Of a DNA stretch of 64,000 nt, positions 27,925-39,497 are shown in pieces. The notes under the pieces were generated by a model. The model was not told the origin of the DNA and did not search any database. It saw only the letters and a program-made list of their open reading frames with translations. The position numbers and the translations under genes were made by a program. This stretch comes from Eledone cirrhosa (Eukaryota), in NCBI GenBank assembly GCA_964016885.1, contig OZ024758.1, forward strand, positions 22,196,001 through 22,260,000, read 5' to 3'. Numbering within the stretch: position 1 is the stretch's first letter; every line of letters starts with the position of its first letter.

Positions 27925-28350
27925 AAAATGAGTTTTTTTTTAATGAAAAAAACGAGGTGTCGTGTCCTACACGAATATAAGGAAAAGAAATCGAAAATGT
28001 AACTGGAGTCTTTTTAAGAATATTTATTTGTTTCCTTTACCGGTTTCACAGTTCTTATGCTTTTCAAAAGTAGAATTGAGATGAAGGGTTTGTGGTTTTT
28101 CTCGCATCTGTATATATATATGTGCAAAGGATATATGTATATATAAAGAGAGAAAAGGGACCCTATATCATAGAGATAAATGGTCCTTTTTCTCCCTTTG
28201 TATATACATATATCCTTTACATTTGAGTTACTATGGTTCTGGATAAAGTCTTTTGAGCTTGTTCATTGAGAAGCACAAAAATCTATCATATTTGATACGT
28301 TTTGATTCCTCACATTTGTGTGTGTGTGTATGTGCGTGTGCGTGTATACG

Positions 28351-28630
28351 TGGAGGCACGTGGCCTAGTGGTAAGGGTGTTGGACTTACGATCATAATGT
28401 CGTGGGTTCAATTTCTGGGTTGCGTGTTGTGTTCTTGAGCAAAACACTTCATTTCAAGTTGCTCCAGTATATTCATTCAGCTGAAAATGAGTACCAGCAA
28501 TAGTTGGGGGTTTAAACCTGCGATGGACTGGCGTCCTGTCCAGGGGGGAGTTTTGTACTCTCAGTCGCTTCACGCCATGAAACCGTGATAAGCACCGGCT
28601 TAACGAGCTTTCTGGCTTAAGACAGACTTT
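28351..28630 (+). mobile_element. tRNA-derived SINE, related to family A head and core
   Basis: A box TGGCCTAGTGG, B box GGTTCAATTTC, cttgagcaaaacacttcatttca core. Confidence 0.8.
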
Positions 28631-28813
28631 AGACTTTATATATATAAATATATATATATATAAATATATATAAATATATATATGCAAAGTTTTATTTAAA
28701 TTGTTGGGTTAACAACGAGTAAATATTTATAACTGATATAAAAGCACTCAACAAGTATTTGGAGTATATTTACGATATTAAATAAATGGAAACTATATTT
28801 ATAAAACCATATT

Positions 28814-28879
28814 TATTTCATTATATATATTTCAGGGATATCATATTAAAAATATGTTATGCCTTCTTCAGACAAAATA
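28814..28879 (-). ncRNA. Type I hammerhead ribozyme (left arm)
   Basis: Mirror copy of 29007-29072. Confidence 0.8.
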
Positions 28880-29006
28880 CAATATAAACAGTCTTATAAA
28901 TAGATAGATTCGACATACCTTTCAACTTCGACTTCTCAACTTTTCAAATAGAAGTCGAAGTTGAAAGGTATGTCGAATCTATCTATTTATAAGACTGTTT
29001 ATATTG

Positions 29007-29072
29007 TATTTTGTCTGAAGAAGGCATAACATATTTTTAATATGATATCCCTGAAATATATATAATGAAATA
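29007..29072 (+). ncRNA. Type I hammerhead ribozyme (right arm)
   Basis: tattttgt-CTGAAGA-agg..catatt(ttt)aatatg..cct-GAAA-TATATA-TA-atgaaata. Confidence 0.82.
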
Positions 29073-29124
29073 AATATGGTTTTATAAATATAGTTTCCAT
29101 TTATTTAATATCGTATAAATATAT

Positions 29125-29157
<33 letters not shown>

Positions 29158-29801
29158 GTGTATCCCCAACATTTGTGGAATTTTCCTTAGAAGCTAACTA
29201 ATAATTGTTCATGGAAACCACCACATATTCGCGGAATCATAAATGTCTTCTGCGATTTTTTTAATGGCTTTTTTCGTGGCAATACACATTTTTTTAACGC
29301 TAAATTCTTAATAACAATATACCGTATTTGCCGGCCTATTGAACGCTCCTTCACATAAGACTCTTTTTTTAATTATAACTTACGTTATATTTTGGCGTTT
29401 ATAGGCATTTTTATGGACCACGTCCAATATTCGCGGATTTTCACTCTCTCTCTCCATACATTCGTATATACACACACATATATACAGAGAAAATAAAACA
29501 ACCGTTAACATCACAGCTGTATATTACAAGTTGACACGCGTGGAAAAATTGTCAGGTGTTTACTCTACACTTTTATATTTAATTACCTGTGATAAACTCT
29601 ATTTTAAGAGATTACTCTTTTTCAACAAACAATAAAATGTTTATACAATTAACTTATTTGTTGGTCTATTGCGCACCCTATGTAAAAGACACCGCCTGGT
29701 TTTACAAGGACGTTTTGAGAAAAAAAGAATTTTATTACATTTTTTCATAAATTTATTTTAGTAGGGAAAAACAATTTTTTCTCGTTTTCTTTCGTTTGAT
29801 A

Positions 29802-29922
29802 TCAACTAATCTGACCTACGTGCTCGCAATCAACTTTTTCCCAAGGATTAGGATTAAGGTTAGGGCTTCCGTTTTCTGGAGGGAAAATCGATTACTAGTG
29901 TCTATGAGGTCAGATTAGTTGA
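29802..29922. mobile_element. Short MITE-like element
   Basis: TIRs tcaactaatctgacct / aggtcagattagttga; a further right end lies at 30321-30335. Confidence 0.6.
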
Positions 29923-30124
29923 TAACACACGAAAAAAAAAAAAAAAAAAAAATTAATAAAAAAAAAAAAACGAGGAAAAATAATTGTTTCCCACGAAACA
30001 CAAGAGGTGTGTAGATCTGCGAAACTTTAATGGTCTTTTCGCTCCCTTTTTCTTCAAATCTACAAATGGAGGTTATATTCGTTGATAACACGCGAAAAAA
30101 ATAAAATAAAAAATCGATTGCGAC

Positions 30125-30304
30125 CAGTCCCTGATTTACCACTGTGCTTAGGTGTGCTTAAGCACAAGGGGCCTGTTGGCTAGGGATGGAGACATCTTCC
30201 TGCCCACCAAAAATGTTTACGATGAATTACCTCCTTCAGGGCCCGAGTAAAGGGCCTCGTAACTTAACTAGCACAGGGCCTCATTTGTCCTAAACCCGGC
30301 ACTG
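30125..30304. mobile_element. hAT-type MITE
   Basis: TIRs cagtccctgattta / taaacccggcactg; 8-bp TSD attgcgac/attgcgag. Confidence 0.8.
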
Positions 30305-31844
30305 ATTGCGAGCATCCTGGAGGTCAGATTAGTTGGTATCATACGAAAAGAAAAGAAAAAAAAAAACAGGAAACATTTTTTTGTGGGAAACAAAACGAGG
30401 GGTGGGTGTGGGGAGTTATTCCATAAATTTACCAAAAATTATTTCATTGTTTTTGTACATCTGCACATTTATTAAGTCCATAATAGCTAAAATGAAATCG
30501 GCGATGTATTTGTTTTGTAAGGTTTTTGATATGAAATCGTGTGTTGAAACAAATATTGTTACTATATATTTTTCTGGTAATATTAGGACACCATGGTCCT
30601 CCCCAAATATAAAATGAAATCTACTGTTATTAGTATAAGCAGACAAAGAACATTTCTGAATATCACCAAAAAACACACAAAGCAAGAGGCGAAATACCAC
30701 TACAATAAATCTGGCGCCTTCTCTATTGTCCATCGGGGTCGCTAGCACGTGGGCCCGCATTTTCTCACAATAGTGAGAGATGAGGAGAGACGGAGGCAGT
30801 GACAATGGGAGTTTGGTTCTTTTGTGTTCGGACCTGGTGTATGTGTGTGTATACAATATATACCTTTTTTTAAAAATCCTAGTTCGTTGCCAAGTAAATG
30901 TTTTGGTTGTTTTGAAAACTATAAGATTGATGTAAAGTAGTTAAACAACTGAAATAAATCTGTGTAATACTTACAGCTAATCAAGACAAATATTTCTGTA
31001 AAATCTGTTTACTTCAACAAAGTGTAAAGCAAAATACTATGCAGTTTCATAAATTTCAAAGCCTCAAGTACAGTAAAAATTAGTACCTGCCATGTTTCTT
31101 TATATACACAGAGACATTGAGCTTGGATGTAATATGTGTAGCAGTGTCTACGTTGATTTTGAGCCATGGATTAGTCACAGAAATAAAATTAAAATGCAAG
31201 AATATCGTAAAACCTACCTCCGATAAGAACAGCCATGCGGTACATTGCTTGTTTGTTTTGGTTACAAAAACTAGAAGTAAGATTCGAAAGTTCTGGATGT
31301 CTCTTGCGATGTTTTGTTTTGACGCATTTGGCAAATGGGACGAAGCAACATAGTTGGTGTTATCTGTTTAATGCAAATGGCGACTGTTTTTTTGATTCCG
31401 TATTAAATTTGCCTGACCGTTAAGGAACACTCTTCATCCGTATTGATGTATTAAATCACATAGTTGTTTACGGTAAGGTAAATAATGTAAGGAATGTACT
31501 CGATATCTCGTGTAGGTTATGTTTCCTAGAAAGAAAGGAGGTACCATAAAATGCTCTGAATTTTGTTGCAGACCTGTCAACTGTCTTCGTCCGACGGGAA
31601 GATCTCCCACCCACTTTTTTTTTAGGGGGTGAAAGATGTCTTCTCTTGTGAAAATAGATATAGCTTTTATGTAAAATCTCCCAATTTCGCCTCAAAGTAG
31701 TGTGGCTTTTTGTTCGTTTTGATTCTATATTTTCATGTGAAATATTTATGCAGACCTGTCAAAACATCTCGTCCGACGGAGAGATCTCCCACCCGCCCTA
31801 CAGTGCTTCTCTTGTAAAAATGAGTATAGTTTTCATTATGTAAA

Positions 31845-32037
31845 AGGGCGGTGGATTGGCAGTATCGGTAGAGGGTCGGCGCCATGCTTTGCAGTAAAGG
31901 GTTACGGCGCTTTATGGTCTGAGTTCAAATCCCGCCGAGGTTAACTTTGCCTTTCATCCTTACGGGGGTCGATAAAATAAAGTACCAGTAATACACTGGG
32001 ATAATTGCTGGCCTTGTGCCAAAAGTAGAAACAATTA
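31845..32037 (+). mobile_element. SINE family B, nested in a cagacctgtcaa/ttggcaggtctg MITE (31750-32131)
   Basis: gggcggtggattggcagtatcggtagag head, B box GAGTTCAAATCC, body gcctttcatcc..gataaaataaagtaccag; about 20 full or partial copies in the window. Confidence 0.85.
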
Positions 32038-32546
32038 TGTAAAATCTCTCCATTTTGCCTCATTTCTCTCCGTTTTGGGGCACTGTTTTTCATGATACTC
32101 CGCTTTGGGTTTTTAGAGGTTGGCAGGTCTGAAAATATATATATATTATGTGTTGATGTTTGACAGCAATGGAATTTGTGTTTGTAATTTCAAGCTATCT
32201 ATATTGTCAGCATATTTGTTTTTTGGGGGAAAATGTGAACTTTGCTATTATATAATTTCATGTACATCGTTTATTCTATCTCAACTAAACAAACTTGGAT
32301 TTTTGATGAAAAAGGTGAGATGGATATGTTATATGGAGATTAATAATATAGAGTTACTTTTTTGAATAAAACAAGAAATGTTTTCTGACTGCATATGTTC
32401 AAAACCACACTATTTAAAAACTAAGATGTTGGCCTACTGTATACGAATTACCATCCCAAAAGTTTATATTGTATATTTAGAGTCATTGTTCTCACCATAA
32501 GCATGTGATTTTAGGGAAAGGGTAAGTAAGACAAGGTTTCCTTTTC

Positions 32547-32750
32547 TTAACCCTTTAACATTTACATTATAAATACTATTATATTTTAACGGTAAACACT
32601 TTACCTCACATAATATCTAATCTATGAGATTTTGATATTTATTTTGAGAATTCCTTACCATAAGTATGAGCAGCCGGTTATGGCTGGTTTGAACAGAAAG
32701 GGTTAGAGAATTCTGGCTGGATATGGCCGGTTTAAATTCTAAAAGGTTAA
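32547..32750. mobile_element. piggyBac-type MITE (TTAA-CCCT...AGGG-TTAA family)
   Basis: TTAA-flanked termini; other copies at 35241-35454, 39722-40230, 44363-44704, 52928-53625, 57343-57783 and 63078-63306. Confidence 0.8.
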
Positions 32751-32821
32751 TGGTTTTTAAAATTTAAATTATTTGGTTAACGTTAGACATAAAATCACTG
32801 GTTCTTTCTTTCTATCTATTT

Positions 32822-33125
32822 TTGGGGATCAGAGAGTCACTCCAGGTAGAGCCGATACTTCTCCGAATGGAGAGATCACAGCATGTGGTTAGAATGTCTT
32901 TGGAAAGAATCACTGGACAGATTTTAAGGGCAAAACCAACAGGTAGGGGACTCAGAGGTAGACCCCGAGCAAGATGGTTGCATAACATCCATGAGCTTGG
33001 CTGGTCGTGCTTGGGGATCCAGCCGGATCAGTTGGAGATGGTTGCTTCTGACAGGACCCGCTGGAAGGAGTATGAGGACTCTGCCCCCCATGATTTTCTC
33101 AGGAATAAGTGGACAAAGAAGAAGT
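32822..33125 (+). mobile_element. RTE LINE 3' end fragment
   Basis: IRESLQVEP..HVVRM..GRPRARW; (GAA)n tail. Confidence 0.85.
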
Positions 33126-34096
33126 GTATGTGTGTGTATATGTACAACATCCGAACTAGTATCCTCAACCTCCAACTATATGATGATGATGTTGAATACA
33201 CAGGAGTCAGTATAAAGAAAAAAAAATATACTTTTATATGAACAGAATAGACACATATATAATTATATTATCTGTTTATTATGGGTTGTTTTTGTTTTTT
33301 TTAATTCAATAAGGCCAGAAAAAATCAAGTTATAACTGTCTTGTAACCAATGAGGTTGTTGGATGAGTACTGAAGACTGATTCCATAAAGTCTATCAAAG
33401 AAAACTCAGTTTGGAGGAACCCATCTTTCAACAACTACACTTACAGACATTACACAAGTAAAATTGGGACCAACTGTAAATTAAAACTGGTTGCAGATTT
33501 ACCAGGAGCCTAATAGTCCTCAATGGTGTGTGTACATCAAGAAATATATATTGAAATAAAATAATAATTGGTTATGTTAAAATTAAATAATTGAAATTTA
33601 ACTAAAAGTCATGAAATGTACCAAAATAAATTTTATTAGGTGAAACAGTAGGTGTAGTGAGTCACACATCTGTGATAGATACAATTTCAGAATTGAAGAC
33701 AAAACTGTCGACTTAAAAAGTTAAGGCTGCTGCTCACAATGTAAGTTACTTATTAAAAAGAAATGAATCAATAAATTAATCATTTTTGCCTCAAAATCAG
33801 CCTGAAATGAGATTTTGTGAAGTAAATTATTTAAATCAATAAATTTTCAATTATAATACCTAAGTGGAAAAATACAAAGTCAAGTTGTACAAGATTTAGT
33901 TCTTGATGAACGAGAGGAAATATAAAAAGTTACGAAAAAATAATTCTAAATGGTGATTTTTTAAAAATTGTATTTATAAGAAAAACTATAAACTCAATGA
34001 AAAAGTATAAAATGTCAAATTTGAGATTCTGAAATTTGTACAAATTTGATTATTAATTTATTGTTTAAAGATTATTAGAATACAATTCTAACGGGA

Positions 34097-35144
34097 CAAG
34101 GGGACTTGTGATGGTTGTGTCTTCCCCCAAGGGTAATTCTCTAGCAGGGCAAGGGGACTTGTGATGGTTGTGTCTTCCCCCAAGGGTAATTCTCTAGCAG
34201 GGCAAGGGGACTTGTGATGGTTGTGTCTTCCCCCAAGGGTAATTCTCTAGCAGGGCAAGGGGACTTGTGATGGTTGTGTCTTCCCCCAAGGGTAATTCTC
34301 TAGCAGGGCAAGGGGACTTGTGATGGTTGTGTCTTCCCCCAAGGGTAATTCTCTAGCAGGGCAAGGGGACTTGTGATGGTTGTGTCTTCCCCCAAGAGTA
34401 ATTCTCTAGCAGGGCAAGGGGACTTGTGATGGTTGTGTCTTCCCCCAAGGGTAATTCTCTAGCAGGGCAAGGGGACTTGTGATGGTTGTGTCTTCCCCCA
34501 AGAGTAATTCTCTAGCAGGGCAAGGGGACTTGTGATGGTTGTGTCTTCCCCCAAGGGTAATTCTCTAGCAGGGCAAGGGGACTTGTGATGGTTGTGTCTT
34601 CCCCCAAGGGTAATTCTCTAGCAGGGCAAGGGGACTTGTGATGGTTGTGTCTTCCCCCAAGGGTAATTCTCTAGCAGGGCAAGGGGACTTGTGCTGGTTG
34701 TGTCTTCCCCCAAGAGTAATTCTCTAGCAGGGCAAGGGGACTTGTGCTGGTTGTGTCTTCCCCCAAGGGTAATTCTCTAGCAGGGCAAGGGGACTTGTGA
34801 TGGTTGTGTCTTCCCCCAAGGGTAATTCTCTAGCAGGGCAAGGGGACTTGTGATGGTTGTGTCTTCCCCCAAGGGTAATTCTCTAGCAGGGCAAGGGGAC
34901 TTGTGATGGTTGTGTCTTCCCCCAAGGGTAATTCTCTAGCAGGGCAAGGGGACTTGTGCTGGTTGTGTCTTCCCCCAAGGGTAATTCTCTAGCAGGGCAA
35001 GGGGACTTATGATGGTTGTGTCTTCCCCCAAGAGTAATTCTCTAGCAGGGCAAGGGGTGTCGTGATGGTTGTGTCTTCCCCCAAGGGTAATTCTCTAGCA
35101 GGGCAAGGGGTGTTGTGATGGTTGTGTCTTCCCCCAAGGGTAAT
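34097..35144. repeat. 53-bp minisatellite, ~20 near-identical copies
   Basis: Unit caaggggacttgtgatggttgtgtcttcccccaagggtaattctctagcaggg. Confidence 0.97.
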
Positions 35145-35969
35145 TAGAACCAGTATATGCAAAACAGTTTCAACTGGGAATCAAAACCAGATTATAGATT
35201 CAATTTGACCCAAAATTACAGCTGCTCCAAGGTGACTGCTTTAACCCTTCAACATTTACATTACTCTAATATATACTATTATATTTTCATGGTAAACACT
35301 TTACCTCACATAATATCGAATCTACGAGATTTTGATAATTATTTCGAGAAAAATACTTTAACATAAGTATAAGCAGCCAGTTACGGCTGGTTTGAACAGA
35401 AATAGGTGAGAGAATTCTGGCCGGATATGGCCGGTTTAATTGCTAAAGGGTTAAAATGGGATTTTACAAATTGTGAGGAGATCAAAACAAAGTTCAATAG
35501 TAGGTATTGATTTTTACAATGTCTCTTATTTATCTAGTGCAAAAAAAAAAAAAAAAAAAAAAAATAATAATAATAATAATAAAAAAGAAAACATTTAAAG
35601 AAGAAAAATAATTAAGATATTTTTCTTTTCCAATAGCACCATAAGTTAAAAATAAATTGATAGAAATATGTAAAATTTCTACAGTATTTTAAAACAATTG
35701 AAACCCAAATGAAACTGTTAGGAAGTATTTCATTGTCAAAATTTAGCAGAATTATCAGCAGTTTAGGTTTCAACCAGAACTAAAAACATTTGATTCTTAA
35801 GCAGTCATCCGTGTGAATCATATCAATGAGCTGTAAGCCACAAAACTGTGTGTTGCAACTTTGAAAAAGTTCCTACAAACTATTTGTGAATTAAATGCAA
35901 TATAAGTGTGTTTACTTTGTAAAAAGGAAAATTTAAAACTACAAGTGTATTTGTGTGTGAATAATAATG

Positions 35970-37774
35970 ATAATAATTGTTTCTACTTTTGGCACAGGGC
36001 CAGCAATTACCCAGTGCATTACTGGTACTTTATTTTATCGATCCCGTAAGGATGAAAGGCAAAGTTAACCTCGACGGGATTTGAACTCAGACTATAAAGG
36101 AGCATAATTATGCTGCAAAGCATGGCGTCCGACCCTAATAATATAATTGTTTCTACTTTTGGCACAAAGCCAGCAATTACCCAGTGTATTACTGGTACTT
36201 TATTTTATCGACCCTGTAAGGATGAAAGGCAAAGTTAACTTTGGCGGGATTTGAACTCAGAATGGAAAGGGCCGAAACTATGCATCAAAGCATGGCGTCT
36301 GAACCTCTACTGATACTGCTAATCCACTGACCCTAATGACATAATTATATTATTAATATTTGGTTTGTTTGCAAGCAAACAGCCTCATAAACACCACGTG
36401 TTAGATGATCAACGTCATCCTTTGTTCCAGCGGTAACTGAGAGAAAACAATCGACAATTGTTTTGGAGTGTTTGCTGCTTATCAAGACTGTGTATTCTCA
36501 TCACAGCTACGCACTGGAACTGCTGAGAATACATAGTATTCTCAAATGTATACATCAGCTGATTAGCCTCAAAAGGATGACATTGGTCATCTAACAGATG
36601 ATGTCTATGAGGCTGTTTGATTGCAAACAAACCAAATAATTGTTTCTACTTTAGGCACAAGGCCAGCAATTACCCAGTGCATTACTGGTACTTTATTTTA
36701 TCGACCCCGTAAGGATGAAAGGCAAAGTCAACCTCAGCGGGATTTGAACTCAGATCGTAAAGGGACGTAACTATGCTGGAAAGCATGGCGTCCGACCCTC
36801 CACCGATACTGCCAATCCACCGCCCAAACAAACCAAATAATAATAATAATATTATTATCATTCACTCACAAATACATTTGGGTATCCACCATGTTCAGAG
36901 TGAAAACAAATTTTGTTTTTCAAACGCCAAGACAACTTTATAATGAAAATGGTTATGATTCAACAGCATAATCATTATGGAAGAAATAGAAAATAATAAT
37001 TGTTTCTACTTTGGGCACAAGGCCAGCAATTATCCCAGTGTATTACTGGTACTTTATTTTATCGACCCCGTAAGGATGAAAGGCAAAGTTAACCTGGGCG
37101 GGATTTGAACCCAGAATCTAAAGGGCCATAACTACGTTGCAGAGCATGGCGTCCAATCCTCTACCAATACTGTCAATCCACCGCCCTACCACCACTAATA
37201 ATAATAATCGTTTCTTATATAGGCACAAGGCCAGCAATTTTCGGGGAGGAGAAAGTCAATTAAATCAACCCCAGTGCATGACAGGTACTTTATTTTATCG
37301 ACCCTGTAAGGATGAAAGGCAAAGTTAACCACAGCGGAATTAGAAAGCAGACCACAAAGGGACGTAACTCTATGCTGCAAAGCATGGCATCCAACCGTCT
37401 ACCGATACTGCCAATCCACTGCCCTACCGCCACTAATAATAATAATAATAATAATAATTGTTTCTACTTTAGGCACAAGGCCAGCTATTACCCCAGTACA
37501 TGACTGGTACTTTATTTTATCGACCCCGTAAGGATGAAAGGCAAAGCCAACCTAGGCGGGATTTGAACTCAGATCGTAAAGGGACGTAACTATGCTGGAA
37601 AGCATGGCGTCCGACCCTCTACCGATACTGCCAATCCAAATAATAATTGTTTCTACTTTAAGCACAAGGCCAGCTATTACCCCAGTACATGACTGGTACT
37701 TTATTTTATCGACCCCATAAGGTTGAAAAGCAAAGTTAACCTTCGCAGGATTTGAACTCAGAATGGCAAGGGCC

Positions 37775-37780
<6 letters not shown>
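35970..37780 (-). mobile_element. Cluster of at least seven co-oriented SINE family B copies
   Basis: Repeated aattgtttctacttt..gcacaaggccagc..gatgaaaggcaaag..gatttgaactcag units separated by (AAT)n. Confidence 0.88.
36357..36638. mobile_element. MITE with ~65-bp terminal inverted repeats
   Basis: tttggtttgtttgcaa..gtcatcctttg / caaaaggatgac..ttgcaaacaaaccaaa. Confidence 0.75.
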
Positions 37781-37809
<29 letters not shown>

Positions 37810-38159
37810 CCACAAAAATACATTGAAATCAAAATGTATAAAATTTAAACAATTAAACAATAATAAATTTGTTAATTGCATAAACATAAAATATTTTTAA
37901 GTTACATTTCCAATGATAAAATAATCTACATAGTTGTTTATTTAAGATTACTTGTTGATGTTGTATAAAGACTTTTTACAATTAAAGTTTAAAATGTACA
38001 AATTTGATATTTCCCTGAGAGAAAGGTTACGTCTGGTTGAAATTTAATAAAGGATTCCAGTGACTGCGTCAAATGGATGTTCTTTGGTTTTTTTAAAAAT
38101 TTATTTATTTATTTATTCAGAGCAGGTTATCATAAACAATTGACATTGTGAAATATATG

Positions 38160-38219
<60 letters not shown>

Positions 38220-38353
38220 TATGATGGCTGCAAACTCTGTTAAGAGTAAGCAATCGTTTGTCAGATTATAGAGTTTGGTGCACTTTTAGGCTATGGACAG
38301 TCACACAAACCTGTAACATATCTGAACATACATACACATATATATGTATATGA

Positions 38354-38386
<33 letters not shown>

Positions 38387-38480
38387 CATATCTACATATA
38401 TATATATATATGTTTGTGTGTGTATTTGTGCATAGAACAATGAAAAAAAAGAAGACAGAAGTAAGTAGTTAATTAGTTCA

Positions 38481-38620
38481 TTGTTTTACGATCGTTTCAG
38501 AGGGTTGATCAATCGTGGAAGATCAATATAGCGAGTGACATTGTAGTGGTTAGATACTAGTGTACCTATATTTAGTCTCGAAATTCCTGTTTGATCGACC
38601 GTCTTTTTCAGGAGACACTA
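38481..38620 (-). ncRNA. Degenerate long-stem-II hammerhead-like motif
   Basis: Minus strand: CTGAAAA-agacggtcgatcaa..ttgatcaaccctct-GAAA-CGATCG-TA; C3/A8 mismatch and weak stem I. Confidence 0.5.
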
Positions 38621-39164
38621 TAAAATTTTTTTGTTATTTTTTTGTTTAATAGATGGCTTGATTTTCACATCTCATAAAATATTAATTTATTTTCCTGTTT
38701 TGTCAACAAGAAAAATCTTACCAATTAACAATTATTTTTTCAAACAGAGACAAGAAAAACATTTCTCATGAATATTTCTCATAAGATACATTTGTTATGA
38801 ACAATATACTAAATTACACTTTATTCACAATAAAAACTAGCATAAAAAAAGACTAGAATGTATAGACACATTTTAGACATTCTTAACCTTCTAGAGGCTC
38901 CAGGCGCATTAAGTTGCCGATAGAGTAAGCTCCCCTTAATAGATAATGTAGTGTCAAGGGGCACGATTCATAACAATTTCTAGTGTGCTGAAGGTTAATC
39001 AAATATTAACGGAGGTTCAAAAATTAAAAAAACAAACAAAACAAAAAATATATTGGCTTCGTTTGACTAAGCACCAACATTTTATATTTTGGAAAGAGGA
39101 ATTGATAAGTTGTGAAATGTATTTCTGAGTATTAGCAGTATAAGTAATATGAAAAGACTTCAAC

Positions 39165-39497
39165 TAGTGCCAGGTTTAGGACAAATGAGGCCCTGTGTTA
39201 GTTAAGTTATGAAGCCCTGTGCTAATGAAGTTACGAAGCCCTGTATTAGTTAAGTAATGAGCCCTGTGCTAGTTAAGTTATGAAACCCTATACTAGTTTA
39301 GTTATGAAACCCTATACTAGTTAAGTTATGAGCCCTGTGCTAGTTATGTTATGAGACCCTGTACTTGTTATGAGGCCCCTTAGTTATGAAAAATTTTGCA
39401 ACAAATTTTTTTGGCAGGAAGATGGACCCTCCCACCTCCTTGGCCAACAGGGCTCTTTTCTTAAGCACACCTAAGTACAATGGTAGATCTGGCACTG
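39165..39497. mobile_element. hAT-type MITE with internal ~24-bp tandem expansion
   Basis: TIRs tagtgccagg / tctggcactg; perfect 8-bp TSD acttcaac; same family as 30125-30304 and 56937-57064. Confidence 0.85.

Larger units (their letters stand above)
28682..29115. mobile_element. Fold-back palindrome made of two Penelope 3' tails (~165-bp arms, 13-nt spacer 28937-28949)
   Basis: Homologous to 4905-5146; arms 28771-28936 and 28950-29115 are reverse complements; flanked by (TA)n. Confidence 0.9.

Noticed and set aside
31080-31423. Overlapping short ORFs
   Set aside because: No recognisable domain or convincing splice-phase support.
34097-35144. CRISPR-like regular array (also 46176-46765 and 53730-54811)
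   Set aside because: Units are contiguous with no unique spacers, there are no cas genes, and the context is eukaryotic.
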